A stretch of DNA of 61,908 nt, counting the filler, from Candidatus Delongbacteria bacterium (lineage in GTDB: Bacteria > UBA4055): the NCBI GenBank assembly GCA_016937995.1. It is 6 parts of 6 records of this genome, joined end to end, with 100 filler letters (N's around TTAATTAATTAA, not from the genome) between each part and the next. Parts side by side here need not be neighbours in the genome. Positions count along the whole stretch, not along the records: positions 16,300 to 27,599 come from JAFGVM010000059.1; positions 27,700 to 32,217 come from JAFGVM010000060.1; 4 more parts are not named here. One strand, given 5' to 3'. Numbering within the stretch: the first letter of the stretch is position 1; every line of letters starts with the position of its first letter. The notes beneath the pieces are model-generated. The model saw only the letters and a program-made list of their open reading frames with translations, searched no databases and had not been told where the DNA came from. Below are positions 19,603-29,300 of the stretch, one piece after another. The position numbers were made by a program, and so were the translations under genes.

Positions 19603-19755
19603 TTAAAATAACAACATCCTCTGCCTCTTTACTCTATCGCTCATCCTTCTCATCTGATATCTCATATCCACTCTGATCGCTTCAACTCTCTTGCTCTGTT
19701 CTGTCATTTTTTCCGGATTACATCTTTCAATATTTTTTTCATTAGTGTTTTTCAT
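19603..19755 (-). CDS. Small basic peptide B (50 aa), not in the ORF track
   Basis: MKNTNEKNIERCNPEKMTEQSKRVEAIRVDMRYQMRRMSDRVKRQRMLLF; AAAGGAG RBS; paralog of 19789-19926. Confidence 0.75.
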   Translation of the reverse strand: MKNTNEKNIERCNPEKMTEQSKRVEAIRVDMRYQMRRMSDRVKRQRMLLF

Positions 19756-19788
19756 AGTATTCTCCTTTATAAATTTTTTACAGTTATT

Positions 19789-19926
19789 TTAGAACATTCC
19801 GTGATTTCTTTTCACTTTATCGATTATCTTCTTCATTTGAAATCTCATATCAACACTTAACATATTCTTTTTATCAACTTTAACAGTGTTCGATCTCTCT
19901 GATTTTGTCTGATTATTGATCTTCAT
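19789..19926 (-). CDS. Small basic peptide A (45 aa), not in the ORF track
   Basis: MKINNQTKSERSNTVKVDKKNMLSVDMRFQMKKIIDKVKRNHGMF; AAAGGAG RBS. Confidence 0.75.
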   Translation of the reverse strand: MKINNQTKSERSNTVKVDKKNMLSVDMRFQMKKIIDKVKRNHGMF

Positions 19927-20200
19927 GATATTCTCCTTTTGTTTTTATTAACTTTTTCAACATACCAACAAAGGAAATATAAATATATTTAATTTGCTTG
20001 TCAAGTTTTTATTTATATTTTTAATGCTTTATGCGTATTTTTATTAACTTTTTTAACATTTGCTACTCTACAGCATTAACTTTCTTATTCTTGATACATA
20101 AGAAATCCTTTAATATTTATACATTATTTATATAAGGGCACATAGGGTATATTACATTCATGATAAAATACCCAGAACAACAGGTTTCAACCTGTGGAAT

Positions 20201-20230
20201 AAAAAAAAGGGCGATCATAAAAATCGCCCT
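20201..20230 (-). terminator. Terminator of the oxidoreductase operon
   Basis: AGGGCGAT/ATCGCCCT stem plus an A-run (U-tract on the minus strand). Confidence 0.75.
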
Positions 20231-20254
20231 ACTAAAATATGAAAATGAATAGAT

Positions 20255-23200
20255 TTACTTCATTTTCTCTTTAAACTCGTCTTCAAAACGTTTAACCAAA
20301 TTATCACAACCATAATCAAACGCTCTTGTAAATCTATCCTGATAGCTGCTTTCAAGATCATTATACTGCTCACAACTATCCTTCATGACCTCAACTGCTT
20401 CTGCAAGAATTTCCTCATTTGAACCGTAATCAGATTCCAGACCCAGCTTTTTCATAATATTATTAAGCTGATCTGTAAAAATAACTGTCTTAGGTTTAAT
20501 TCCTGCATTAAATGCACAAAGCATTTTCTGAGTATTTGAGAAACTTCCTCCTGATTCTATAGGAAACGATGAAGGAAGAATAAGATCCGCATTTTCAGCT
20601 GTCTTTGTCATAAAATAATCCGCAACTACACTAAATTGGTTTACAGGTTGTAATTTTCTTGAATTGGCTTGATCCAAAAGAGTTCCCATAGGATCTTCTC
20701 CGAAAATAAAAATATTCTTCGGTGGAACACTGTCCTTTCTGAAATTTTCCTCTGCAATACTAACTTTACTATCCGGATACTTTTCCTTCATTGCTTCAAA
20801 CAAACAATCACATACTTCTTCATAAATACCCATATCGAACAGACCTTGTGCATTATTTTTCTCTTTAAGACAAATAATACCACTAGAGGTCTTTCCAAGC
20901 TTACCGGTTATAACTGAAAGGTTAAATATTTCACTTTGAGTTTCACGTGAAACTGATCTTTCAGAGAAAACGACCACTGCATTCTGTTCGTTATTGTATT
21001 CAACAGCTATCTTTTTTATGGTCTCAGCATCCAGACCAGACTGCTTTACAACTTTATCAATATCGGTTTCTAGTATTTTCTTTTCGTAGTCATCATAACC
21101 TTCAGCATTGCCATCGATGAATAATTTATTTATCAGATTATCTTTAACAATAAAATAGTTCAGAGCCTTTACAAAGTCATAATAGCTGTCAACTTTAACT
21201 ATCTTGTCTGATTTTTTATTCATTGAAGAGTTTGAGCAAGTTGTTACGTTTATCACTTCAGTACCTTTTGCTCTTGCATTATTAAGCATAAAACCAAATA
21301 CTGCGTTATGTTTATTTGGAGTTGAACCTATCAAATATACTTTCCCTGCTTTATCTAGTTCTTTAAAAGGTGTATTTGCATAAGAGTTGAAAAGTAATTC
21401 ATCAGCTCTACCCAGAAAATGGAAAGATGCTATACTGTTAGTACCAACCGCTGCTCTTGCAAGTTTATTTGTAAGATAAAGTTCCTCGTTTGTAAGTCTT
21501 GCACCCGCATAAAAGTAATTTTCTTCAGGCTTTACCGATTTTATCTTGTCGACAATAATGTTATATGCTTCGTAGAAATCTATCTCTTCGAATTTACCAT
21601 CTTTTTTAAGAAGAGGTTTAGTAATTCTCTTCTTATCGTTTAGATAAGTATAACCGAATTTAGCATATTTACAGATATTCCCGTCAGGATTTGCAAGGGT
21701 CTTTCTACCTTCAGCTTTCACAAAATATCCGTTTTTATGATGAAGATTTACACCACAACCTATAGAACAGTAGTTACAAACTGCTTCCACGATCTCTGTT
21801 TTAAAAGGTCCAGGTTTGAAAGTTTTATTTTCTGATATTGCTCCTGTCGGACATGCATCAATACACATACCACAAGATTCACAAGAAGTATCTTTCAGCG
21901 AATTCCCCAAAGAAGGAGCTAAGTAAGTATCAAATCCTCTATTAACCAATCCCAGAGCACCTGCACCAACTACTTCACTACAGATCCTTACACAACGTGA
22001 ACAAAGTATACATTTATTATTATCTATCTCAATATACGGATGAGAATAATCTACATCATACTTTTTAAAATCTCCCGAGTACTTCTTTTGGTCAACACCG
22101 TACTCTGTACAATATTTTTTCAGATCACAGGTAAACAGTTCACCACATCCACACTCCAAACATCTCTCAACTTCCTTTTCAGCTTGTTCAGGTTTATAAC
22201 CAAGCTCAACTTCGTTAAAATTGTGTCTCTCTTCCGGATCAAGTACAGGCATCTCCTCTCTAGTTTGAGGATAAAATTCATTTTTAAATTCTTCCGAGAC
22301 CATGTTTTCAAAATTATCTCTTTTACTTACAAATTCAGAGCTTTCACCTACTATTTCTTGTCCTGTCAAGAATTGATGACAGCTTTTTGCTGCAATTCTT
22401 CCCTGATTCACACCTTCTATCAGTGTTGCAGCACCAGTTACTGCATCACCTGCAGCAAATATTGAAGGAACTCCGGTCTGTAGAGTTTTTGGATCAGCAG
22501 CTATATCACTCCACTTGTTAAGTTCGAACTTTCCGTCAGCTAGACTGTTTATGTCATCAACGAAATCAACTACTGTCTTCTGACCGATCGCTGAAAGAAT
22601 ATAATCCAGTTCAAGATCAAATTCAGAACCTTCTACAGGTACAGGTCTTCTTCTTCCTGAATCATCAGGTTCACCAAGTTCCATTTTGATGCATGTGAGT
22701 GTCTTAAGTCTACCATTCTCATCCGTATTAACTTTCTTTGGAAGAGTAAGGATCATGTATTCAACACCTTCAAGTTTCGATTCATGGATCTCGATCGGAT
22801 TTGCAGGCATCTCTGCTTCGGTCCTTCTATAAATGATATAAGATTTTTTTGCCCCACATCTTAAGGCTGAACGGCAGCAATCCATAGCTGTGTTACCTCC
22901 ACCTATGGTCGCAACTACTTTACCTGTAAAGTCAGGTCTTGTTTTTGGATCTTCCATTGGTCTCAGAAAATCAATACCCGCTAGAACACCTTCAGAATCC
23001 TCGTTCTCTACTCTCATTGAAGAACCTTTCCAGCATCCAACACTTGTTATCATTGCATCATAATTTTCTTTTACTTCCGCATACTTAATGTCAGTACCGA
23101 ACCTTGTGTTGTATTTTATCTTAACACCCAGTTCCTTTATAGTGTCGATCTCTTTATCAAGAAGTTCGTTGGGCAATCTATAAGCCGGTATTCCATATCT

Positions 23201-23899
23201 TAACATACCGCCACCGGAAGGCATTGCTTCGATAATATCAACATCATGACCTTCAAGAGCGAGATAGTATGCTGCTGTAAGCCCTGCAGGTCCTGCCCCG
23301 ATAACAGAAACTTTTTTTCCTGTCAAAGGTTTTCTTTTCGGTACAAATCTGTCACCTGCAGCAAAATCGACATCAGTAGCATATCTTTTCAGATAATCAA
23401 TACCTACACCGGTCTCATCTATTAAATTTCTTCTACAGGCAACCTCACAAGGTCTTACACATACTCTACCGCAAATAGCAGGAAGAGGATTTTTTTCTTT
23501 GATCAGACCAACTGCTTCTGAATACATACCTTTGTCTATCAGAGCAAGATATCCCTGAACGTCAACTCCGGCTGGACAGGTAAGCTTACAAGGAGCTATA
23601 CAATCTGCGTAATGATTACTTAAGAACAGCTCTAAAGCAGTTTTTCTGGATTTATTAATTCTTTCATTTTTTGTAGTGATCTTCATGTCATTATTTATCT
23701 TTGTAGAACATGCCGGTTGCAATGTTCTCCATCCTTCGATCTCGACTACGCATAAGAAACATGAAGAATAAGGCTTTAATCTTTCATCATGACATAGTGT
23801 GGGTATAGCAATACCGTTCTTTCTGCAAAGTTCAAGAATAGTATCGCCTTTGTTACCGGTGAACTCTTTATTATCAATATATACTTTAATTGCTTCCAT
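20255..23899 (-). CDS. Multidomain Fe-S flavoprotein: 2Fe-2S + GltD/NfnB-like FAD/NADPH module + NuoG-like 4Fe-4S and molybdopterin-fold region
   Basis: IPTLC..CFLC; CGRVCVRPCE; GAGPAG; GGGNTAMD; CILCSRCVRIC; CESCGMCIDACP; CNYCSIGC. No H-cluster motifs. Confidence 0.88.
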   Translation of the reverse strand: MEAIKVYIDNKEFTGNKGDTILELCRKNGIAIPTLCHDERLKPYSSCFLCVVEIEGWRTLQPACSTKINNDMKITTKNERINKSRKTALELFLSNHYADCIAPCKLTCPAGVDVQGYLALIDKGMYSEAVGLIKEKNPLPAICGRVCVRPCEVACRRNLIDETGVGIDYLKRYATDVDFAAGDRFVPKRKPLTGKKVSVIGAGPAGLTAAYYLALEGHDVDIIEAMPSGGGMLRYGIPAYRLPNELLDKEIDTIKELGVKIKYNTRFGTDIKYAEVKENYDAMITSVGCWKGSSMRVENEDSEGVLAGIDFLRPMEDPKTRPDFTGKVVATIGGGNTAMDCCRSALRCGAKKSYIIYRRTEAEMPANPIEIHESKLEGVEYMILTLPKKVNTDENGRLKTLTCIKMELGEPDDSGRRRPVPVEGSEFDLELDYILSAIGQKTVVDFVDDINSLADGKFELNKWSDIAADPKTLQTGVPSIFAAGDAVTGAATLIEGVNQGRIAAKSCHQFLTGQEIVGESSEFVSKRDNFENMVSEEFKNEFYPQTREEMPVLDPEERHNFNEVELGYKPEQAEKEVERCLECGCGELFTCDLKKYCTEYGVDQKKYSGDFKKYDVDYSHPYIEIDNNKCILCSRCVRICSEVVGAGALGLVNRGFDTYLAPSLGNSLKDTSCESCGMCIDACPTGAISENKTFKPGPFKTEIVEAVCNYCSIGCGVNLHHKNGYFVKAEGRKTLANPDGNICKYAKFGYTYLNDKKRITKPLLKKDGKFEEIDFYEAYNIIVDKIKSVKPEENYFYAGARLTNEELYLTNKLARAAVGTNSIASFHFLGRADELLFNSYANTPFKELDKAGKVYLIGSTPNKHNAVFGFMLNNARAKGTEVINVTTCSNSSMNKKSDKIVKVDSYYDFVKALNYFIVKDNLINKLFIDGNAEGYDDYEKKILETDIDKVVKQSGLDAETIKKIAVEYNNEQNAVVVFSERSVSRETQSEIFNLSVITGKLGKTSSGIICLKEKNNAQGLFDMGIYEEVCDCLFEAMKEKYPDSKVSIAEENFRKDSVPPKNIFIFGEDPMGTLLDQANSRKLQPVNQFSVVADYFMTKTAENADLILPSSFPIESGGSFSNTQKMLCAFNAGIKPKTVIFTDQLNNIMKKLGLESDYGSNEEILAEAVEVMKDSCEQYNDLESSYQDRFTRAFDYGCDNLVKRFEDEFKEKMK

Positions 23900-23916
23900 A
23901 TAAGATTCCTTAGGGT

Positions 23917-25704
23917 TTAGTTTACATCAATAGCCTTGAACTTACAAGTATCTAAACATGCACCGCACTTTATGCACTTGTCCTGATCTATCACATGCTT
24001 TTCTTTTCTTTCTCCGCTGATCGCTTTTGGCGGACATACTCTAGCACATGCTGTACATCCTATACACTGATCATTTATTCCAAAAGTTAAAAGAGGTTTA
24101 CATGCTTTTGCAGGACACTTTTTATCGTAAATATGTGCTTCATATTCGTGTCTAAAGTACTTCAAAGTGGTTAATACAGGATTTGGAGCTGTTTGACCAA
24201 GACCGCAAAGAGATGAATCTTTTATCTGTGCTGCCAATTCCTCCAGCTTTTCTATATCTCCTTCTTCTCCATTTCCATCACATATTCTTTGCAAGATCTC
24301 AAGCATCCTTTTTGTTCCTACGCGGCAGAATGTACATTTACCACAACTTTCTTCCTGAGTGAAATTAAGGAAATATTTAGCAACATCCACCATACAAGTC
24401 GTTTCATCCATAACTACCATACCACCGGATCCCATAATGGCACCTGTTGCATTTACAGAATCATAATCAATGATCGTATCTTCTAATTCTGCAGGAATAC
24501 ATCCACCAGAAGGTCCACCCATCTGAACTGCTTTGAATTTTTTACCGTCAGGAACTCCCCCGCCAATATCAAAAATTATCTCTTTTAAAGTAATTCCCAT
24601 TGGTACTTCCACAAGTCCGGTATTGTTTATCTTACCAACAAGTGAGAATACCTTTGTACCTTTACTCTTCTCTGTACCGATTTCAGCATATCTTTCTGAA
24701 CCGTTTGATATGATCCAGGGTATATTAGCCCATGTTTCAACATTGTTAATATTAGTTGGAAGACCCCAAAGTCCTGATTCTGCTGGAAAAGGAGGTCTCT
24801 TGTTCGGCATTCCTCTTTTACCTTCAATAGACGCTATCAATGCAGTTTCCTCTCCACATACAAAAGCACCAGCACCTTGCTTTATCCGAAGATTAAACTC
24901 AAATCCCTGTTCCATAATATCTTCACCAAGAAGTCCGTATTCTTTGGCCTGCTCAATAGCTGTTTCAAGTCTGGTGATAGCAAGAGGATACTCGGTTCTT
25001 AGATAAACAACTCCCTCGTTAGCTCCAATAGCCATTGCACCTATCAACATTCCTTCAATAACTGCATGTGGATCCGATTCAATTATACTTCTATCCATAT
25101 ATGCACCAGGATCTCCTTCATCAGCATTACAGATGATATATTTCTTTTCACCTTTCTGCTTTTTACAGATCTCCCATTTCAGACCTGTAGGGAATCCTCC
25201 ACCTCCACGACCTCTCAATCCTGAATCTTTGATTTCCTGAACTATTTCATCAGGTGTCATCTCAGTTAGTGCTTTAATAAACGCTTTATAACCGTCTCTT
25301 CCAATATAATCATCTATTTTCTCTGCATCGATCAAACCTTTGTTACGAAGTGCTATCAGCCTTTGTTTATTGAAGAATCCGATCTCGCTCATAGTCGGGA
25401 TCTCAGTTTTTTCACCAGGTGGTGTATACATCATTTTTTTAACAGGTCTTCCCTTTAAAAAATGCTCCTCTACCAAAAAAGGAATATCTTCTATTTGCAT
25501 CAACTGATAAAAAATATCATCCGGTTGAACGACCACGATCGGTCCCTGAGCACAAAATCCCTGACAACCCGTTCCTACTACAAGAACTTCTTTATCAAGT
25601 CCCTGTTTTTTTATCTCTGCTTCCAGAGTTTTTTTAACATCGAATGCACCACAAGATACACAAGCTGTACCGGTACATACCATTAAATGAGTCCTGTATT
25701 CCAT
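23917..25704 (-). CDS. HydB/NuoF-like NADH- and FMN-binding subunit
   Basis: GLRGRGGGGFPTG, CNADEGDPG, CGEETAL, SCGKCTFCR and C-terminal 2x[4Fe-4S]. Confidence 0.93.
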   Translation of the reverse strand: MEYRTHLMVCTGTACVSCGAFDVKKTLEAEIKKQGLDKEVLVVGTGCQGFCAQGPIVVVQPDDIFYQLMQIEDIPFLVEEHFLKGRPVKKMMYTPPGEKTEIPTMSEIGFFNKQRLIALRNKGLIDAEKIDDYIGRDGYKAFIKALTEMTPDEIVQEIKDSGLRGRGGGGFPTGLKWEICKKQKGEKKYIICNADEGDPGAYMDRSIIESDPHAVIEGMLIGAMAIGANEGVVYLRTEYPLAITRLETAIEQAKEYGLLGEDIMEQGFEFNLRIKQGAGAFVCGEETALIASIEGKRGMPNKRPPFPAESGLWGLPTNINNVETWANIPWIISNGSERYAEIGTEKSKGTKVFSLVGKINNTGLVEVPMGITLKEIIFDIGGGVPDGKKFKAVQMGGPSGGCIPAELEDTIIDYDSVNATGAIMGSGGMVVMDETTCMVDVAKYFLNFTQEESCGKCTFCRVGTKRMLEILQRICDGNGEEGDIEKLEELAAQIKDSSLCGLGQTAPNPVLTTLKYFRHEYEAHIYDKKCPAKACKPLLTFGINDQCIGCTACARVCPPKAISGERKEKHVIDQDKCIKCGACLDTCKFKAIDVN

Positions 25705-25705
25705 T

Positions 25706-26089
25706 CTATAGCTCCCTCTCACTTCCTATTACCAACGCATAATCTTTTACGATCTTACCCTTAAGAACATGCTCATCAAATATCCTTCTGATCTTATCTT
25801 CAGTAAGATCACTGTATTTTACCGGTGCTTCACCTTTCAATTCTATTGTTGCCATTGGTTCCTTGCTACAGAAACCAGCACAACCTGAAGTTGTTACAAT
25901 AATGTCATCCCTTTTCGATTCTTCGACAATTTTAATAACTGTATTCATGATAGTTCTCGCACCTGCAGCGATTCCGCAAGTACCCATGTGAACTGTTATT
26001 TTTGCGTTTGAGATCCCCTCACGGAGCATAGCTGTCTTTTTAACCTTATTTCTGATCTCTTCAAGGTCTTTTATGCTTAGTTTTGCCAT
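25706..26089 (-). CDS. Thioredoxin-like [2Fe-2S] ferredoxin subunit (HndB/HydD-like)
   Basis: MGTCGIAAGA and SGCAGFCSKEP motifs. Confidence 0.88.
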   Translation of the reverse strand: MAKLSIKDLEEIRNKVKKTAMLREGISNAKITVHMGTCGIAAGARTIMNTVIKIVEESKRDDIIVTTSGCAGFCSKEPMATIELKGEAPVKYSDLTEDKIRRIFDEHVLKGKIVKDYALVIGSEREL

Positions 26090-26611
26090 TTATATTCCCT
26101 CCAGTGATTTGTAATGTTTAATGATCTTTGGTATATCGGATCTTTTCAGCTTTCCATGAACATCTTCATTAACAGTTATCACAGGAGCAAGACCACAACA
26201 ACCTAAACATGATACAGATTCCAAAGTGAAAAGTCTGTCATCTGTAGTAGCACCGTCTTCAACATTCAATTCTGTCATTAAAGCATATGTAATATCTGGT
26301 GCATTCTGAACATGACAAGCAGTACCGTGACATACTTTAATTATATATTTCCCTACAGGGTTGATCCTGAACTGAGAATAGAATGTAACAACTCCAAAGA
26401 TATCACTCTCACTTAAATTAGCTTTTTGGGAAATTTTGCTTATAGCACTTTTGGGGACATAACCGTAAATCTCCTGAGTCCCCTGTAATAGAGAGATCAT
26501 ACTGCCTTGCTTACCTGCATATTTTTCCAGCAATTCATCTAAAAGGTTCAGGTCTACTGGTTCATCCGGCAAAGTTGAGAACCTGGATGGGTTTTTTCTT
26601 TTAATCCTCAT
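26090..26611 (-). CDS. HydC/NuoE-like [2Fe-2S] subunit
   Basis: VTFYSQF, CHGTACHV and CLGCCGLAP motifs. Confidence 0.93.
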   Translation of the reverse strand: MRIKRKNPSRFSTLPDEPVDLNLLDELLEKYAGKQGSMISLLQGTQEIYGYVPKSAISKISQKANLSESDIFGVVTFYSQFRINPVGKYIIKVCHGTACHVQNAPDITYALMTELNVEDGATTDDRLFTLESVSCLGCCGLAPVITVNEDVHGKLKRSDIPKIIKHYKSLEGI

Positions 26612-26780
26612 TTTACCCTCATTTTATTAATAATTCATTATATTATACTTTTTATAAGAATATCAATATTAAATTTCTTATTGAGTAAACGCAAGAATTT
26701 TTTCTGTTTATTTTTTCACAAAAATGTGGGAATTATTTTATCGTCAGGGTTTTGAACAAAAAAATGAAACATTAATTTGA

Positions 26781-27230
26781 TCAGAGATCATTTGAATCAA
26801 GGATAAAAGTCCCATCTTCATCAATATGAGTAAAAACAAAATTTATCTCAGGATATGATGTAAGCAAAGCAATGAATGTGCTTTTTAGATCACCGATCGG
26901 CTTTCTGTCAATATGATCATACTGAAATGTGGCTTTGACTTCTGTTCCTTCTCCGATCTTGGATCTTATGTTGAAAGTTCCATTACTTTCTTCTGATGCC
27001 TGAGATAAAAGAGATAATCCCATTCCTACTCTTCTTGTAGTCCTGGTCGTATAAAAAGGATCGAGTACTTTTTCTACAGTTTCCTCACTCATTCCTTTTC
27101 CGTTGTCGTTTATTTCTATAGCAAGAATATTATTGGTAGCATCCTCAGTAATATTTACTTCTATCCGTAAAGCTCCGGCAGCTATTGAATTCTCTACGAC
27201 ATCAAGAATATGCAATGACAGCTCTTCCAT
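26781..27230 (-). CDS. Stand-alone HATPase (kinase-like) protein of the type found in hydrogenase operons
   Basis: ELSLHILDVVENS, DNGKGM, DPFYTTRTTRRVGMG and HIDRKPIGD motifs. Confidence 0.85.
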   Translation of the reverse strand: MEELSLHILDVVENSIAAGALRIEVNITEDATNNILAIEINDNGKGMSEETVEKVLDPFYTTRTTRRVGMGLSLLSQASEESNGTFNIRSKIGEGTEVKATFQYDHIDRKPIGDLKSTFIALLTSYPEINFVFTHIDEDGTFILDSNDL

Positions 27231-27599
27231 CTCTGTTCTCCAGTGCTTTTTTTATTTCAGCTACAGTAACATCTTCTATTAAAAATGTAGTAGAGGTCTT
27301 TCCTATATCATGAAGAAAATGTGCATCAGAAAAAGTAACCTGAGGTAATCCTGCAGACATTGGGAAATCAAATTTATTGCTCTTCAACATATAATTTGGT
27401 GATAATTCTATACCGTCAAGATCAAGGCCTTCGGGAATAAAACCAAGCTGCCCGATAAGGCTGAACCTTTCACGATCAACATGAGAAGCTATAGCAAGAC
27501 CTCCATGGGAATGGATCAGTTCTACTATTTTTTCCACAGAAAGCTCTGTTGCTCCAATAAGAAGCCTTTCGTTCAGGGCAACGATCTCATCCTGATCAT
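27202..27599 (-). CDS. PHP-domain phosphoesterase, 5'-partial
   Basis: GGLAIASHVDR, QLGFIP and SDAH motifs; frame open to the contig end. Confidence 0.85.
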
Positions 27600-27699
27600 N
27601 NNNNNNNNNNNNNNNNNNNNNNNNNNNNNNNNNNNNNNNNNNNTTAATTAATTAANNNNNNNNNNNNNNNNNNNNNNNNNNNNNNNNNNNNNNNNNNNN
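27600..27699. other. Artificial contig linker
   Basis: N-TTAATTAATTAA-N. Confidence 0.98.
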
Positions 27700-29190
27700 G
27701 CTATTGGATTTAATCCGATGATCCTTTCTGATTACGACAAAATAGGAATTGACACAAACAAGGAATTCGGTTTTGTGTTAACTGATCTTGTTGTTACAGA
27801 AATTGAAGGAAAAAATGTTCAGGCTAATATCGGAATTCTTTTTCCTGTAAAGGAAAACGTAAATGCTTATGATTTTTTCAAAGAGAAGATCTTTGCACAA
27901 AAAACTGAGGAATTCGTTCCAAGTGAAGTAGGAAATATAATTACGATCAAGTCTGCAGCAGAAGAAGATGTTCTTGTTACTGTTACGCATGATAATGCTT
28001 TCTTGATTTTCAACATTTCGATAAACATGAATGGAACAGTAAAAAAATTCATTGATAAAACAAAAAAGATGGGTTCTACATCAAACTACACAGAGATCCA
28101 ATCAGCTATTGATCTTGGTGAAGATATTGCAGCTTACGTTGACTTTAAAGAACTTTTAAAGAACAACGGTAATCTTCTTGAAAAATTAAATGATCAATTC
28201 AACGACCAACCTAGTATTAGTCAACTTGGACTAGGAACTACTGAACCTTTAAAATTCTATAGAGGTATGGGTGCGAACCTTGATCTTGACAACTCTGATC
28301 TCATTTCAAAATTCGCGGGTTTTATTGATAAGAATTCACCTTATCTTGCAATGATGCTTAATGCAAAAAAAGATAAAGATGTGATGCTTAATTTTGAACA
28401 AAGACCTGCTATTTTGATCGCATTATTATTGAATTTTGATAAATATATCGAATTCATGCTGAATAATTTCCCTCAGGAAGTGAAAGATACTTATAACAAT
28501 CAACTGACTGACATCAAAACACAGATCGGAATTGATCTTGACCAGGAATTGATAAAACAAATGGCCGGAAGTTTCAATTTTGGTATCTATGACGCAAATT
28601 CAATTAACATGATGAACTATAATGCAGTTATAAATTTCAACGTTAAAGATCCTGTTGCTTTCCAAGCTACTTTGGGAAAGCTGGCTTCTGTAGGTTTAAC
28701 ACCAATGGATGATCAGGGATTAATTGAAGCGGTTGGTGATGAAAATAAAGATCTTGTTAAAGGTGTTAAGGGATATTCGGTATCTTTAGGAATGGCTGTC
28801 GGCTATGTTTTGATAGATGGTGATAACGTTTCGATCGTTTCCGGTAAACCAACTATGATCCAGCTTCTTAATGGAAGCGCTGATAAGAGTTTTACAAAAA
28901 AATTGGATGGTAAAATCGCAGATAAACTGAAAAATAAAGACAATTACTTATATCTTGATATTGATGAATCTTATAAGATTACAAAAACTATTTTCGGAAT
29001 GATCGCTGGTATGACAGGAACAGAGAATCAGATCGATGCAAAAATTGATGGATTCGTTAAGAACTTCGTTTACTTTTATGCTCAGGGTGGACTTGATGGA
29101 GAAAAGTCAATTGGAGAATATGTTGTAAAAACAAGATTCCAAAAACCTTTCTTCTTAGCTCTTAAAGACGAGATACAAAAAATGAAATAA
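27700..29190 (+). CDS. Hypothetical protein, 5'-partial
   Basis: Long frame open from the contig start; no motif recognised. Confidence 0.75.
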   Translation, partial: AIGFNPMILSDYDKIGIDTNKEFGFVLTDLVVTEIEGKNVQANIGILFPVKENVNAYDFFKEKIFAQKTEEFVPSEVGNIITIKSAAEEDVLVTVTHDNAFLIFNISINMNGTVKKFIDKTKKMGSTSNYTEIQSAIDLGEDIAAYVDFKELLKNNGNLLEKLNDQFNDQPSISQLGLGTTEPLKFYRGMGANLDLDNSDLISKFAGFIDKNSPYLAMMLNAKKDKDVMLNFEQRPAILIALLLNFDKYIEFMLNNFPQEVKDTYNNQLTDIKTQIGIDLDQELIKQMAGSFNFGIYDANSINMMNYNAVINFNVKDPVAFQATLGKLASVGLTPMDDQGLIEAVGDENKDLVKGVKGYSVSLGMAVGYVLIDGDNVSIVSGKPTMIQLLNGSADKSFTKKLDGKIADKLKNKDNYLYLDIDESYKITKTIFGMIAGMTGTENQIDAKIDGFVKNFVYFYAQGGLDGEKSIGEYVVKTRFQKPFFLALKDEIQKMK

Positions 29191-29212
29191 CAGTAGTTAA
29201 TTTTATTTTTCG

Positions 29213-29237
29213 AAGGGTGGTTTAACCACCCTTTTTT
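29213..29237 (+). terminator. Rho-independent terminator
   Basis: AAGGGTGGT/ACCACCCTT stem plus T-tract. Confidence 0.75.
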
Positions 29238-29300
29238 ATTGTAATTAATTCAATTTATTGTTAACTTATTTTTTAAATAATATGTGATCCGGGGTAAAAT

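Noticed and set aside
20171-20198. IS200/IS605-like end hairpin (ACAGGTT-TC-AACCTGT)
   Set aside because: Isolated short hairpin with no transposase or second end; too weak to call.
20255-23899. Formate dehydrogenase or [FeFe]-hydrogenase catalytic subunit
   Set aside because: No Mo/W-ligating Cys or Sec and no H-cluster motifs.
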